Assembly (NCBI GenBank): GCA_963740315.1 | Contig: CAVUDP010000003.1 | Location: 32,001-96,000 of the forward strand | Direction: 5' to 3' | Length of the DNA stretch: 64,000 nt | Source of the DNA: an uncultured cyanobacterium | Lineage (GTDB): Bacteria > Cyanobacteriota > Cyanobacteriia > Cyanobacteriales > Nostocaceae | In this document: positions 53,877 through 64,000 of the stretch, piece by piece | How positions within the stretch are numbered: the stretch's first letter is position 1 | How the letters are laid out: every line of letters starts with the position of its first letter | Program-made: the position numbers and the translations under genes | Notes under the pieces: generated by a model | What the model was told of the DNA's origin: nothing | Database searches by the model: none | What the model saw: the letters and a program-made list of their open reading frames with translations, nothing else

Positions 53877-54170
53877 TTAGCCGGTATGAGCAAGCATGGT
53901 CAGCAGCCCTTGCTGACCTAACAAGATTTCCCGCGCCAAGCTGAATATTCCTACCCAAATAATCGGCGTAATATCCACACCACCGATAGGCGGGACTAAT
54001 TTTCGCATTACCACTAAAAATGGTTCGGTAGGTAAAGCGATGATATTAAAAGGAAAACGATTCAGTTCGGCTTGGGGATACCAAGTTAAAATAATTCGGA
54101 AAATAAATAAAAAGGTCATCAGCCCCAACACAAGACTGAGAATCAAATTGGTAATGTCAAGGTTATTCAT
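53877..54170 (-). CDS. YggT/YlmG (Ycf19-like) membrane protein
   Basis: RIILTWYP, TEPFL..RKLVPPIGGVDITP. Confidence 0.88.
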   Translation of the reverse strand: MNNLDITNLILSLVLGLMTFLFIFRIILTWYPQAELNRFPFNIIALPTEPFLVVMRKLVPPIGGVDITPIIWVGIFSLAREILLGQQGLLTMLAHTG

Positions 54171-54421
54171 GGTTCGATACGGTTTATCTGAGAAAAATAA
54201 TTGAGTTAAATCGAGATTTGAAGATTTGTAAAGCTTCTATATTATTTTATCGGTAACTTCGCCAACGATACTGTCCTGTTTACCGTAAATATTTAATCAA
54301 ATCGTTAACTTTGAAGACTCGATTATGAATTGATAAGCCTATTCCTGAAGATTAAGACTTATTGCGATTCGTTTCATGGTATTAAAATGATAAGAAGTAT
54401 GTAAAAAAAAAGGTTGTAACC

Positions 54422-54541
54422 ATGACTCCCTCTTTAGCAAATTTTCTTTGGAGCCTAGCTTGGGGTTCTGCAATCGTTGTTATTCCTGCAACGCTCTTTT
54501 TAGTTTTTATTAGCCAAAGAGATAAAATCCAACGTTTTTAG
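54422..54541 (+). CDS. psbX: Photosystem II reaction centre protein X (absent from the ORF track)
   Basis: Translated by hand: [39 protein letters not shown]; sits upstream of ycf66. Confidence 0.93.
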   Translation: MTPSLANFLWSLAWGSAIVVIPATLFLVFISQRDKIQRF

Positions 54542-54695
54542 AATTGCTTTGGAAGCGTAGGAGACTGCGTTTCTGAAGAAAAAACAATTTATCGTCAGCT
54601 AATTGTTGGTAAGGCTTAGGTTTTGACTATTCCTTATAAAAAGGACAAGTTATACTGAATTGACACGTCTAGTCTTGTGAACTTTGAGTAACAAC

Positions 54696-54751
54696 GTAAA
54701 GACGCGGTATTGAATAGCTCCCGTTTGGAGTCAGACAATTCGCGTCTTTAC
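54696..54751 (+). promoter_or_regulatory. Structured hairpin in the psbX-ycf66 spacer / ycf66 leader
   Basis: GTAAAGACGCG/CGCGTCTTTAC 11-bp stem with inner ATTG/CAAT and CTCC/GGAG stems. Confidence 0.55.
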
Positions 54752-54826
54752 TGTAATTTGTATTTGTTTGCTGTAGAGATTTTAATTGTGAGTCGCTAAC
54801 ATAGATTTGATATTGGGAAAAGAACA

Positions 54827-55798
54827 ATGCTAACTTTTGGGCTGAACTCAGCCAGCGTTCTGGCTCAGGTAAATATAGGGACTAACCCCGCAAGTATTTT
54901 AGGAATTTTTCTAGCTATTGCTGGAGCCGGACTATATTTTCTTCGTACTGTACGTCCGGAACTTTCGCGGGATCAAGATATATTTTTCGCCGCCGTCGGT
55001 TTATTATGCGGTTTTATTTTTATTTTTCAAGGTTGGCGATTAGACCCAATTTTGCAGTTTGGTCAATTGCTTTTAGTGGGAACTACCGTATATTTTGCCT
55101 ATGAAAGTATTCGTCTGCGCGGTATCGCTACACAGCAAGCCAAGCGCAGCACGCCAATTGTAGACCGCGAACGAGATGTCAGCGATCGTTATGATTATGA
55201 CGATCGCGGTAAATATGGTGCTGAAGTAGAAGATTTTGAGCGGGACCCTTTACCTTACGATCCCTATTATGAAGAAGAGCGTCCGCCGCAGCGTCCGCAA
55301 ATTAGGGGAAGTAGGGATAGTCGTCCATCTCGTAACGAATACTACGAAGATCCAGCCGAACGTCGTCCCGAACGTCGTAATGATATAGAAAGAATTGAAG
55401 ACGACAAACCACCCCGTCGTCGCAGTTCTAATACATCTAGGCGTACAACTCGCAGTACTTCAAAGCTTGAAGAAAGCGATTGGGGTTCATCTTCTCGACC
55501 AGTTGATGATTGGGATAATTCTTCTAGTGAAGAAAGAAGACCACCTCGTCGGACTAATGACAGACCAACGACAAGCCGTAGAAGAAGTGAGGAAGATATT
55601 ATTCAACCAAGAACTTCAAGAAAACGTCGTCCCAGCAGAGATTTAGATCCCAGACGAGAACGCGGGGTTGATGAGGTCATACCCACCGATTATGAAGATT
55701 ACAATCCGATTGTTCGTTTAGAAGACGAGAAAGACAATCCCATAAATCTTGATGAAATAGATAGAGATAGAGATAGAGATCGAGATCGAGATAAATAA
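54827..55798 (+). CDS. ycf66: Ycf66 family protein with long Arg/Asp-rich disordered tail
   Basis: LYFLRTVRPELSRDQDIFF, FQGWRLDPILQFGQ. Confidence 0.9.
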   Translation: MLTFGLNSASVLAQVNIGTNPASILGIFLAIAGAGLYFLRTVRPELSRDQDIFFAAVGLLCGFIFIFQGWRLDPILQFGQLLLVGTTVYFAYESIRLRGIATQQAKRSTPIVDRERDVSDRYDYDDRGKYGAEVEDFERDPLPYDPYYEEERPPQRPQIRGSRDSRPSRNEYYEDPAERRPERRNDIERIEDDKPPRRRSSNTSRRTTRSTSKLEESDWGSSSRPVDDWDNSSSEERRPPRRTNDRPTTSRRRSEEDIIQPRTSRKRRPSRDLDPRRERGVDEVIPTDYEDYNPIVRLEDEKDNPINLDEIDRDRDRDRDRDK

Positions 55799-55814
55799 AG
55801 TTGCAGATTGGCGA

Positions 55815-55988
55815 TAAGTACTTAAGCAAAATTAATTGTATATTGTCATTGCGTTACCCTAACGGGTCAGCAAGCTGAACACGTTCACCGTCAGGTGCGG
55901 CTTAGTGTTCCCAATACGGGAATGGAACGAAGCAATCCCAATAACTTGAAGCTTTCCGAATGTAAAATTAATTTTGCACGACTACTTA
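55815..55988. mobile_element. MITE-like element TAAGTA..GCAAAATTAATT...AATTAATTTTGC..TACTTA with nested GC-rich inserts
   Basis: Terminal inverted repeats; internal GTCATTGCG...GAAGCAATC REP-like core. Confidence 0.65.
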
Positions 55989-56010
55989 CAAGCAGCGGAA
56001 AATCATTGAG

Positions 56011-56574
56011 GTGAAAAAATTTATCCCCAGATGCTGGCTCCAATCAAAATTTTATTGGAGTCTTTGTCTTAGTTTGGTTAGTTTGCTTGTATCTTGTAGT
56101 TACAACGATATTCCCATTGGTTCTAATTCGTTGAATACTCGCTCTACCGAAGAACAACCAGCTTTAAGCGGAAACGGTCGCTTTTTAGCCTTTGTATCAA
56201 ATCGTAGCAGTACTCAGCAATTATTATTGTACGATTTAGAGCAGCAACAATTGATTCCGACACCGCGTTTGAATCGACGTAATGCGATCGCACAAAGTCC
56301 CAGTTTAAGCTACAGCGGACGTTATATAGTTTACAGCACTAGCAACCGTGGAAGACCAGTAGTCGCGCTTTACGACCGTGCCGTCGGACAGTCCCAAATC
56401 CTTACCCCGACTTACAACGGTTGGGTAAGAAACCCCAGTATCAGCCCAGATGGCAGGTATGTTGTATTTGAAACAACCATTCGCGGGCAGTGGGATATTG
56501 AAGTATTGGATAGAGGCGCGAATGTAGAGTTAGACATTCCTAACGGTGCGCCAGTAAGTGCGCCACCTGGGTAG
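56011..56574 (+). CDS. TolB-like PD40-repeat lipoprotein
   Basis: Lipobox [20 protein letters not shown] and [12 protein letters not shown] repeats. Confidence 0.85.
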   Translation: MKKFIPRCWLQSKFYWSLCLSLVSLLVSCSYNDIPIGSNSLNTRSTEEQPALSGNGRFLAFVSNRSSTQQLLLYDLEQQQLIPTPRLNRRNAIAQSPSLSYSGRYIVYSTSNRGRPVVALYDRAVGQSQILTPTYNGWVRNPSISPDGRYVVFETTIRGQWDIEVLDRGANVELDIPNGAPVSAPPG

Positions 56575-56930
56575 GGGAGATGGGGAGATGGGGGAGATGG
56601 GGAGATGGGGAGATGGGGAGATGGGGAGATGGGGAGACAAAAGTTAGTAGTGCGAGCATCTTGCTCGCTGGTAGTTTACCAATGCCCAACGCCCAATGCC
56701 CAACGCCCAACGCCCAATGCCCAACGCCCAACGCCCAACGCCCAACGCCCAATGCCCAACGCCCAACGCCCAACGCCCAACGCCCAATGCCCAACGCCCA
56801 ACGCCCAACGCCCAACGCCCAACGCCCAACGCCCAATCCCCAATCCCCAATCCCCAATCCCCAATCCCCAATCCCCAATGCCTAATAACCAATGCCTAAT
56901 AACCAATGCCTAATAACCAATGCCTAATAC
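56573..56930. repeat. STRR tracts: GGGGAGAT, (CCCAACG/CCCAATG)n, (CCCCAAT)n, AATGCCTAATAACC; GCGAGCATCTTGCTCGC palindrome at ~56652
   Basis: Directly visible. Confidence 0.92.
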
Positions 56931-56951
56931 CCTACTAATAACTGTTCGCTG

Positions 56952-57473
56952 ATGAAAGGCTTTATTTCGATTTGCTTATTTATTAGTTTGGGTTTATTAA
57001 GTGCTTGTGGCTCTGAGCGTATCTTGAGTTACCCATTCGACACTGGCGGTAGAAGTCTCAATTCTGGTGCTTCGGAGTTAAATCCACATATTTCTAATAG
57101 ATATATTGTTTATACGAGCGATCGCCAGGGAAGCCAAGATGTTTATATGTTCGATCGGGTAACTCGCAGTTTGATTACTTTACCTGGTTTAAATTCATTT
57201 GATGCGATCGCCAGTCATCCATCGGTTTCTCAAGATGCTAAATATATTGTGTTTGCTGCTTCTCGTGAGGGAAGAAGTAATATATTTTTGTACGATAAGG
57301 AAACTCGTCAGTCACGCAATTTGACGGGTAATTTGCAAGCGGAAGTCCGCAATCCTACAATTAGTGCTGATGGCAACAGGATTGCATTTGAGTATACTTT
57401 GAACGGACAGTGGGATGTTTTGGTTTATGACAGATTAGGAAGGCGTTTGAATATACCTCAAGAACCACAGTAA
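56952..57473 (+). CDS. TolB-like PD40-repeat lipoprotein (paralog)
   Basis: Lipobox LSAC; YTSDRQGSQDVY and PTISADGNRIAF repeats. Confidence 0.85.
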   Translation: MKGFISICLFISLGLLSACGSERILSYPFDTGGRSLNSGASELNPHISNRYIVYTSDRQGSQDVYMFDRVTRSLITLPGLNSFDAIASHPSVSQDAKYIVFAASREGRSNIFLYDKETRQSRNLTGNLQAEVRNPTISADGNRIAFEYTLNGQWDVLVYDRLGRRLNIPQEPQ

Positions 57474-57615
57474 ATTAATTAATTGAGAATTGATAATTTA
57501 ATTGATTCAATTTTATCTTGTAAGGTGTGTTACGGCATGAAACGCGATCGGTTAAAAACTAAATATTTTGATTGGCGTAACGCACCATCCTGCTTGATAA
57601 AAATTTGATTTAACT

Positions 57616-58452
57616 TTAAGCACAAAAAGAATAATTATTCCAGTCTGCTACGGGTTTATAACCAATTTGTTGATATATCTTGTTAGAAGTCGGGTTAGAT
57701 AAATCGGTAAATAAAAAGCAGAATTTATATCCTTTGTCGAGCAAAGTTTGACTTAAAGCTGCAACACAATCACCTGCAAAACCTTGTTTGCGATATTCTG
57801 TTGGCGTGTAAACCATACTTATTCCGGCACCATTTGGAGTTAAACGGGTACTACAAGCCATCGAAACTGGATTCCGATCTTGCCATAAATAAGCCGTACC
57901 TTTTTGCAACACTCTTTCAACCCAGCTTTCGCTATCCGATTCAATACTACCCAATGCTTCTAAACAAAAAGCATCATGCCAAGATTTGAGAAGTTCTTTA
58001 TCATTTTCTGTTGCTAATCTGAAATTACCTTTGACTTGCGAAAATAACTCTACTTTTTCCAACTTGAAAATACGCAGCGTCCGCAATTTATAAGATTTAC
58101 CTGTCAAAGAACACCATTTTTCTGCAAAAGCTTGGGATTCTAATACAGGAGCATTTACATTCGTTAATAATTCATACTTATGCTGTAAATCTTGAGTAAT
58201 AATATCTATTGCTTTTAAGTATTTTACTTGCGATAGGAATAAATTATAAGGAATTGTCATCATTGCCACTGCAATAATATTTCCATTCTGTTCTACCGCT
58301 GCTAAATAAGGTTTAATTTTGTATTTATCTGGATTATTAATTAAACTATTGCTAACTCCCAATAGCAAATTATGCAATACTTCATTTTCTAATAAATAAT
58401 TTTTTACCTTTTGATAAAAAAGACTTGCATCTTCAAATTGATAGAGTTTCAT
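57616..58452 (-). CDS. GNAT family N-acetyltransferase
   Basis: VYTPTEYRKQGFA motif A; LFTDLSNPTSNKIYQQIGY. Confidence 0.88.
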   Translation of the reverse strand: MKLYQFEDASLFYQKVKNYLLENEVLHNLLLGVSNSLINNPDKYKIKPYLAAVEQNGNIIAVAMMTIPYNLFLSQVKYLKAIDIITQDLQHKYELLTNVNAPVLESQAFAEKWCSLTGKSYKLRTLRIFKLEKVELFSQVKGNFRLATENDKELLKSWHDAFCLEALGSIESDSESWVERVLQKGTAYLWQDRNPVSMACSTRLTPNGAGISMVYTPTEYRKQGFAGDCVAALSQTLLDKGYKFCFLFTDLSNPTSNKIYQQIGYKPVADWNNYSFCA

Positions 58453-58512
58453 AAATTATCATTTAATTAACTTCTAAGGTGTATTGTCGTAGAGTGCAAC
58501 ACACCACAATAA

Positions 58513-58944
58513 TTAAGGAGCTAAATACCTTTCTAACTGTAGCAATAAAGGATTAATTGTTTTTTCTTGAATTAAATGTGGTGGATTCCAATCTAACCAT
58601 TTGTAGCCGCGATGTTCGGTAAGTTTCAAATCAACGTCGTGCTTCAGCCAGCCCAAGAAAATTACTAGTGTTTTTTCTACCTTTTCACCTTTAAATCTTT
58701 TATACCTAGTATGATATGTGTCGGTATACCTAAATCTAGTATCTAAATCTAGATTCTTATGTACAATTCCAGTTTCTTCAAACAATTCTCTCAAAGCACA
58801 ACTAACTTCATCTTCACCTAGCTCAATATGACCTTTAGGGATATCGTAAATATTTTTAGAACCAAAGTTTTTAAGCATCAAAAGAAAGCTTATCTGAGGT
58901 TGCTTTCTCATCACCATAACGCCACAAGATTTTGTTTTTCGCAT
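58513..58944 (-). CDS. NUDIX hydrolase, Ap4A hydrolase-like
   Basis: PKGHIELGEDEVSCALRELFEETGI Nudix box; KSCG N-terminus; LTEH. Confidence 0.88.
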   Translation of the reverse strand: MRKTKSCGVMVMRKQPQISFLLMLKNFGSKNIYDIPKGHIELGEDEVSCALRELFEETGIVHKNLDLDTRFRYTDTYHTRYKRFKGEKVEKTLVIFLGWLKHDVDLKLTEHRGYKWLDWNPPHLIQEKTINPLLLQLERYLAP

Positions 58945-58973
58945 CGTTCATACAAATCATTTATATAAATAAT

Positions 58974-60173
58974 TTATACATATTTATGAGCAAATTCATA
59001 CATCAAATCTATTCTACCTCTACGCAACATTGCCGGATCTAATCTTTCTGTAGTATTGCAAGTCATTAACATCACTAATTGCTGTTGAATTTGCAGCCCT
59101 GAGTCATCAATTACACTTTGGTATAAAGTTCCATCCAATAAGCTTAAAATATGTTCTGTTTTATTACTGTATTGCGCGACTTCACTAGCGCGATCTTGTG
59201 CTAAATTATCAGCTTCGTTAATGATGATGCAAATTCGTTCTAAATAACTTGGTGGGACAAAGTTAGAAATAGCATCATGATCCAAAATAAAAATCACGTA
59301 GCCTAAAGGTACAAGAATTTCTTTCGCGACTGCTTGCGTCCATACGGTTTTACCCGTACCCGGTTCGCCATGTACTAATACTGCTAATTGATTTTGATTT
59401 AAAACTGCTTGCTGTACGTTATCTGTAAAATCCTGAATGTCTGTAGGAAAACTGTTAATAGAAAACTGAGTATTAACTTTCCCTACACGACTTTGATATC
59501 CGCTTAGCATCACTGCTAAATCGTAAGTCGCTTTATTAATTAATGGCGTTAAACTTTTTGCCATTAAAGTATATTGTCTTCTTCCTCTTTCATAAGGGTC
59601 AATTTGCAGCCAAATATCGTATTTTGACCAGTAAGCATAAACAGTATTGACAACTTCCAAACGTTCCCAAGTATTAAATTTTTCGATAGGTAAGTAAAAA
59701 TCTCTTTCCTGATAATACTGAGTAATCAAGTCAGGAGTTTCTAATAATTTAAGAACTCTAAATACCGTAATTTCTTGGAGTCTATTTAATAGATAATCAA
59801 TCGGAATACTGCTGCGGCTAACAAATTGAACTATCGGGGTTTCTGTACTTAAAACGTCCTTGTAACGGTGATCTGGTGTAAGTGGATCGGGAGTTACATA
59901 ATTCCAATATTTTTCAAATTCGTAGCGAATATCTTCAGAAGCCAAATTTATTATATTAGCCCACCAAGCATAATGGTTTCGTCCTAAAGTCTCGGCTAAG
60001 CTGCTGGTTAAATTTAAGGTTTTTTGAGTTAATTCCCCAGAGTCATTAGATAATAGTTGCCATATAAATTCCCAGTTAAACTCCCTATAAAAAGGTCGCC
60101 AACCGCTAGCTAGCAACGTTTGACGATTGTTATTACCGCGAGAGTTTTCTTGCCCGAAATAGTCAAATTCCAT
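58974..60173 (-). CDS. AAA-family ATPase with an uncharacterised N-terminal region
   Basis: GEPGTGKT Walker A, IIINEAD variant Walker B, TCNTTERLDPAMLRRGRID SRH. Confidence 0.85.
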   Translation of the reverse strand: MEFDYFGQENSRGNNNRQTLLASGWRPFYREFNWEFIWQLLSNDSGELTQKTLNLTSSLAETLGRNHYAWWANIINLASEDIRYEFEKYWNYVTPDPLTPDHRYKDVLSTETPIVQFVSRSSIPIDYLLNRLQEITVFRVLKLLETPDLITQYYQERDFYLPIEKFNTWERLEVVNTVYAYWSKYDIWLQIDPYERGRRQYTLMAKSLTPLINKATYDLAVMLSGYQSRVGKVNTQFSINSFPTDIQDFTDNVQQAVLNQNQLAVLVHGEPGTGKTVWTQAVAKEILVPLGYVIFILDHDAISNFVPPSYLERICIIINEADNLAQDRASEVAQYSNKTEHILSLLDGTLYQSVIDDSGLQIQQQLVMLMTCNTTERLDPAMLRRGRIDLMYEFAHKYV

Positions 60174-60673
60174 ATTTTCCGGTTTAGAGAAGTTTTCAAC
60201 TTTAAGTTTTCAGAAAGCTTGTACCATTTTAGATTTTAGATTTTAGATTTTAGATTTTAATAACTAATGCATTTATTTTATATCGAAAATCTTTTTTATC
60301 ATCTCGCATCAAGTCAATCTACCTTTCACCTTCACTTAAAATAAAAGGATAGATAATTATAATTGATAGATTATACTTTTCAAAATTTGGTTAATAATAT
60401 TTACAATATTGAATGTTACAAAAACTTGTTGTGACTGCAAAATTTTTCGTTAAACAAACCACTTGGGTGAAAGTCCTCACAAAGCGCGATCGCTCAAAAA
60501 GAACTCTTAAAGTATAAAATATTATACCTTACTGAGTTCCTACTGAGTTAAATTAATTGATTAAATTGGAAGTAGTACGGGCAGTTAGCGCGATCGCATT
60601 CTTGGACTACTTTGTGCAGTTTATCCCAAAGGCATCAGGTGGGTTTGAATATCTTACCTAAGTAAGTCGATTT

Positions 60674-60710
60674 TGTATTACACTGTAGTATGCAATCTTT
60701 ATTTTGTCAA
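60674..60710 (-). promoter_or_regulatory. Sigma70-type promoter TTGACA-N17-TACAGT with overlapping ATACTACA and TGTAATACA motifs
   Basis: Read from the reverse complement. Confidence 0.65.
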
Positions 60711-60920
60711 GGATTTTTTAGACTAAAAACGGCTAACATAACCATAAACCAGCTTTCCTTGTTCTTCCACAAAACCATCAATTTCAGGTTTAAAAACTTT
60801 TCTTTCTTGATAACTCCAAATTTTTCTAGTGGTATATTTGCCAAATTGCTTTGAACTTCATTTTTTTTTAACGCAAAGTTTCGCGGAGAAGAAGCAAGAG
60901 AGAAAACTAATTACCAATTA

Positions 60921-61913
60921 TCAATGCAATTCGCTTCCACCTTTACGAAGCAAATATCTATCGCTAATCAATTTTAAAGTTACTCTTCCGAAAAGTGGAT
61001 GAGTTTTTTCTATCGCGGGTTGAATTACCACACCTTCCATCATGCAATCTGGGGAAAGTGCGCTATCTTTATTATTGAATTTAGAGACTATTTCTCGACT
61101 GTAAGCACCAGAGTAAAGCAAAGGTGCTGTTGGTAATTCAAACTCTTGGCAGAAAGCAACGAAATCTTCGTAATTGAGGAAGTTTTTACCACGACGTACA
61201 GCGAATAATGCAATGCCGATTTTACCGTTTTTCAAACCGTACTTGATATCCTGTACGCCGTATATTTCTCCAAAAACTTGAGTATCTGCGGGAAGTTTTT
61301 GTAAAGCTTCGTTTTCGTGGTAAGCACGGATATAAACTAGGTTTTTATTTGCTTCGTTATTCTGCCAGAAATAATTATGGCTACCAATACGAACCGTTGA
61401 GTCGGCATCTACTAAAACAGTAAAGTTAGTTCCATGTATTTTCTCGGTAACTATTACTTCTTCGCCTTCAGTTAAAATATCTTGATAGCGTTTGAGGTGT
61501 TGTGGAGCCGGAAATTTATAGTGTCCGACATGACTTTCCATATCCCCATTCATTGTTTTGGGAATTGGATATTCATATTTAGTAATACCGAAGTATTCTG
61601 TATAATCATCTCCAACGTTTCCTATAAAATCTTCACCAACAGGAATCAGCAAACCTTCCGAGAAAATACCTCGTAGTTTTGCAGCACGCAGTTTTTTAGA
61701 ATAGTAGGAACCGATGCCGAATTCCTCTACATATTTGTCAGGAATTACGCTATCTATAGGAAAATAAAAAGCTAAATCTCCTGTTTTAAAATTCCCCTTC
61801 GCTGAAATAACTTGATAAGCCATTCCGTTTATAGAAATAATATCTAAGCGATCGGCATTAGGATGAGAATTGACGCTACTAATTTCTACTACTTCAACTT
61901 TAAATATGCTCAT
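60921..61913 (-). CDS. ATP-dependent RNA ligase, DRB0094 family
   Basis: N-terminal OB-like HPNADRL...KLRGIFSEGL; TEKIHGTN (motif I), FGEIYG, EGVV, LKLIS. Confidence 0.9.
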   Translation of the reverse strand: MSIFKVEVVEISSVNSHPNADRLDIISINGMAYQVISAKGNFKTGDLAFYFPIDSVIPDKYVEEFGIGSYYSKKLRAAKLRGIFSEGLLIPVGEDFIGNVGDDYTEYFGITKYEYPIPKTMNGDMESHVGHYKFPAPQHLKRYQDILTEGEEVIVTEKIHGTNFTVLVDADSTVRIGSHNYFWQNNEANKNLVYIRAYHENEALQKLPADTQVFGEIYGVQDIKYGLKNGKIGIALFAVRRGKNFLNYEDFVAFCQEFELPTAPLLYSGAYSREIVSKFNNKDSALSPDCMMEGVVIQPAIEKTHPLFGRVTLKLISDRYLLRKGGSELH

Positions 61914-62005
61914 ATTGCACCTCTATTGGAAAGTGAGGCTATAAATACATCTATTTATAGATAATTTTAAATTTTTATTCTGTGTTGGGAGGAGATTATT
62001 TATTA

Positions 62006-62043
62006 TGTAATACAACTATATTAAATGAATTAATACGTGTCAA
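62006..62043 (-). promoter_or_regulatory. Sigma70-type promoter TTGACA-N17-TATAGT followed by TGTATTACA
   Basis: Read from the reverse complement; upstream of the RNA ligase. Confidence 0.65.
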
Positions 62044-62283
62044 TAAATGTCTATATATAAAGATAAAACTAATCCAAATTCATCTTTATATTCATCCCAT
62101 TGTGTTACAAAATTAAGCTTAGTACAGCCCGAACAACCCGCAAGCCACGTTTCACAGATTTCTTGAAACGATAACCGCGACGGCGTTTACTAGAAAGTTC
62201 AAAAGGAATATAAATGTTCGTCAAATTCTTCCCATTCTTGATTTCTAATATCCATAACAACCTTTTATAAGAATAAAAATCAT

Positions 62284-62745
<462 letters not shown>

Positions 62746-63132
62746 TTACTTAAGAGAAACTTTTGCTCCTGCTGCTTCCAATTGTTGCTTAATTTCTTCA
62801 GCTTCTGCGATCGCAATTCCAGTTTTTAACGTTTGAGGTAAATTCTCAACAAAATCTTTTGCTTCTTTCAACGCTAAACTTTTGATTTCGCGTATTAATT
62901 TAAGAATGGCAATTTTTTTATTAGGTGAAACTTCCTCTATAACTAAATCAAATGTATGTTTACTTTCAATTTGATTCTTATCTGGAATTAAATCAATTAA
63001 GACAGGTATTTTAATTTGAGGACGAGAACCATCAACATTGAAAGTATTTTCGATTTGTTTGACTAATTCAGCAGTTTCAATCAAGTTTAAAGACTTTAAC
63101 TGCTCTAAAATTACTACAGTTTGAACAGACAT
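62746..63132 (-). CDS. rplL: Ribosomal protein L7/L12 paralog
   Basis: ILEQLKSLNLIETAELVKQIE N-domain; KIAILKLIRE..LKEAKDFVE..LEAAGAKVSLK C-domain; no rplJ nearby. Confidence 0.85.
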   Translation of the reverse strand: MSVQTVVILEQLKSLNLIETAELVKQIENTFNVDGSRPQIKIPVLIDLIPDKNQIESKHTFDLVIEEVSPNKKIAILKLIREIKSLALKEAKDFVENLPQTLKTGIAIAEAEEIKQQLEAAGAKVSLK

Positions 63133-63289
63133 GATATTCCATTTTCAGCCAATATATGCTGACTTTATTTATATAGCCCCATGCTTATAACTAACAAAAA
63201 GACCGTTATAGCTACGAAATATGTAAGCTTTATCTGTCGAGATACAAAGTTAATTATTAATTCCTAATAATTCTATAAACAATTTTCTT

Positions 63290-63341
63290 TGTATTACTTT
63301 CAACTACTTATATACTACATAAATACTACAAAGGTTGTCAA
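63290..63341 (-). promoter_or_regulatory. Sigma70-type promoter TTGACA-N18-TAGTAT with TGTAGTAT direct repeats and downstream GTAATACA
   Basis: Read from the reverse complement; upstream of the rplL paralog. Confidence 0.65.
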
Positions 63342-63517
63342 GGGGTTTGATAAAAAAAGTATTTATTTGAAATTACTGGCTAGATAAATGACAAAAATAT
63401 TCTTAAAATAGAGTACTTTACGATCGAGTTATCTAAAATCCAAAATAACAAGACAAACCAGACTAGATGTAACTATTTTCCTTGTCTGGGTTGCCTAATT
63501 ATTCTTGTATTAAACGT

Positions 63518-63910
63518 TTATTCAATTGCAAGGGAGGCGCTTTTGCGAGCTTCCAACCAGAGATTGTGGAGGAAAGATTCGGTGCTATGACTCATAGTCG
63601 TAACAAAACCACCGCTGATACTTTGGGCGTTTACTGATAGCCAATAACCCCTTAGAGAAACTTCCAAGAATTCTGTATCGCAAGCATATAATTCTATTAC
63701 TTCGCGGTTACTATCTTGCTCTACTTGAGTATGTAGTTGTCCTAACCCTGGTAAATCAACAGGAAGTAAAAATGTTGCAGTGCTGGGTTCAACGCACAAA
63801 CTTTGACCGACTCGCAAAGTTAGTATTACTCGGTCTTGTATCCATTCTTCTACGGACTGAGTTAAAAGCTCTAGGTAAAAACTATTTTCTGTATAAGTTA
63901 ATTTCAGCAT
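63518..63910 (-). CDS. Alr0857-family cyanobacterial protein
   Basis: MLKLTYTE, RVILTLRVGQSLCVEPSTATFLLP. Confidence 0.75.
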   Translation of the reverse strand: MLKLTYTENSFYLELLTQSVEEWIQDRVILTLRVGQSLCVEPSTATFLLPVDLPGLGQLHTQVEQDSNREVIELYACDTEFLEVSLRGYWLSVNAQSISGGFVTTMSHSTESFLHNLWLEARKSASLAIE

Positions 63911-64000
63911 TCCTTATGCTCTCCTGTTATTCCAGGTTTGCTTGCACAACACCCTTCCAAAACTGTTCTGCAAAAGAAATAGTTGGATGGACGGGTGCTT

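Noticed and set aside
56540..56913. Six overlapping repetitive ORFs (PNAQRPT / WALGVGR)
   Set aside because: Heptamer STRR tract open in all frames; not genes
524..61676. Numerous 60-130 aa antisense or alternate-frame ORFs overlapping well-supported genes (e.g. 4613-4957, 8749-9141, 53285-53638)
   Set aside because: Shadow ORFs with no recognisable motifs

Overview
This is an AT-rich chromosomal window from a filamentous cyanobacterium, probably Nostocales. The basis is frequent HIP1 GCGATCGC octamers, heptameric STRR tracts, psbQ, psbX, ycf66, ccsA and tocopherol genes. Most of it is core or conserved genes: tocopherol synthesis, KtrAB, CobH, an SLH porin, a ClC channel, PmbA, Tab2, an RND pump, pirin, Dps, AccC and tRNA-Leu(GAG). 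These are interleaved with a dense set of small repeats (STRRs, SDR-like inserts in HIP1 sites, REP-like palindromes, MITEs), including a perfect 20 x 37 bp tandem array. An accessory, HIP1-poor block at about 36-47 kb holds an NspV-like type II R-M pair flanked by a short direct repeat, an unknown protein, a badly frameshifted giant surface-protein gene (probably partly sequencing or assembly error) and a split PEP-CTERM haloperoxidase. The most interesting candidates are: (i) a minus-strand cluster at 57.6-63.3 kb (second L7/L12, RNA ligase, AAA ATPase, NUDIX, GNAT) with three near-consensus sigma70 promoters sharing one operator-like motif; (ii) a cassette of an HGCGCNH protein, a Cys-rich protein and a C-terminally short peptide deformylase; (iii) an identical HIP1-inserted element present twice in inverted orientation around the porin promoter and start. 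All calls come from reading the sequence and recalled family motifs; no searches were run.
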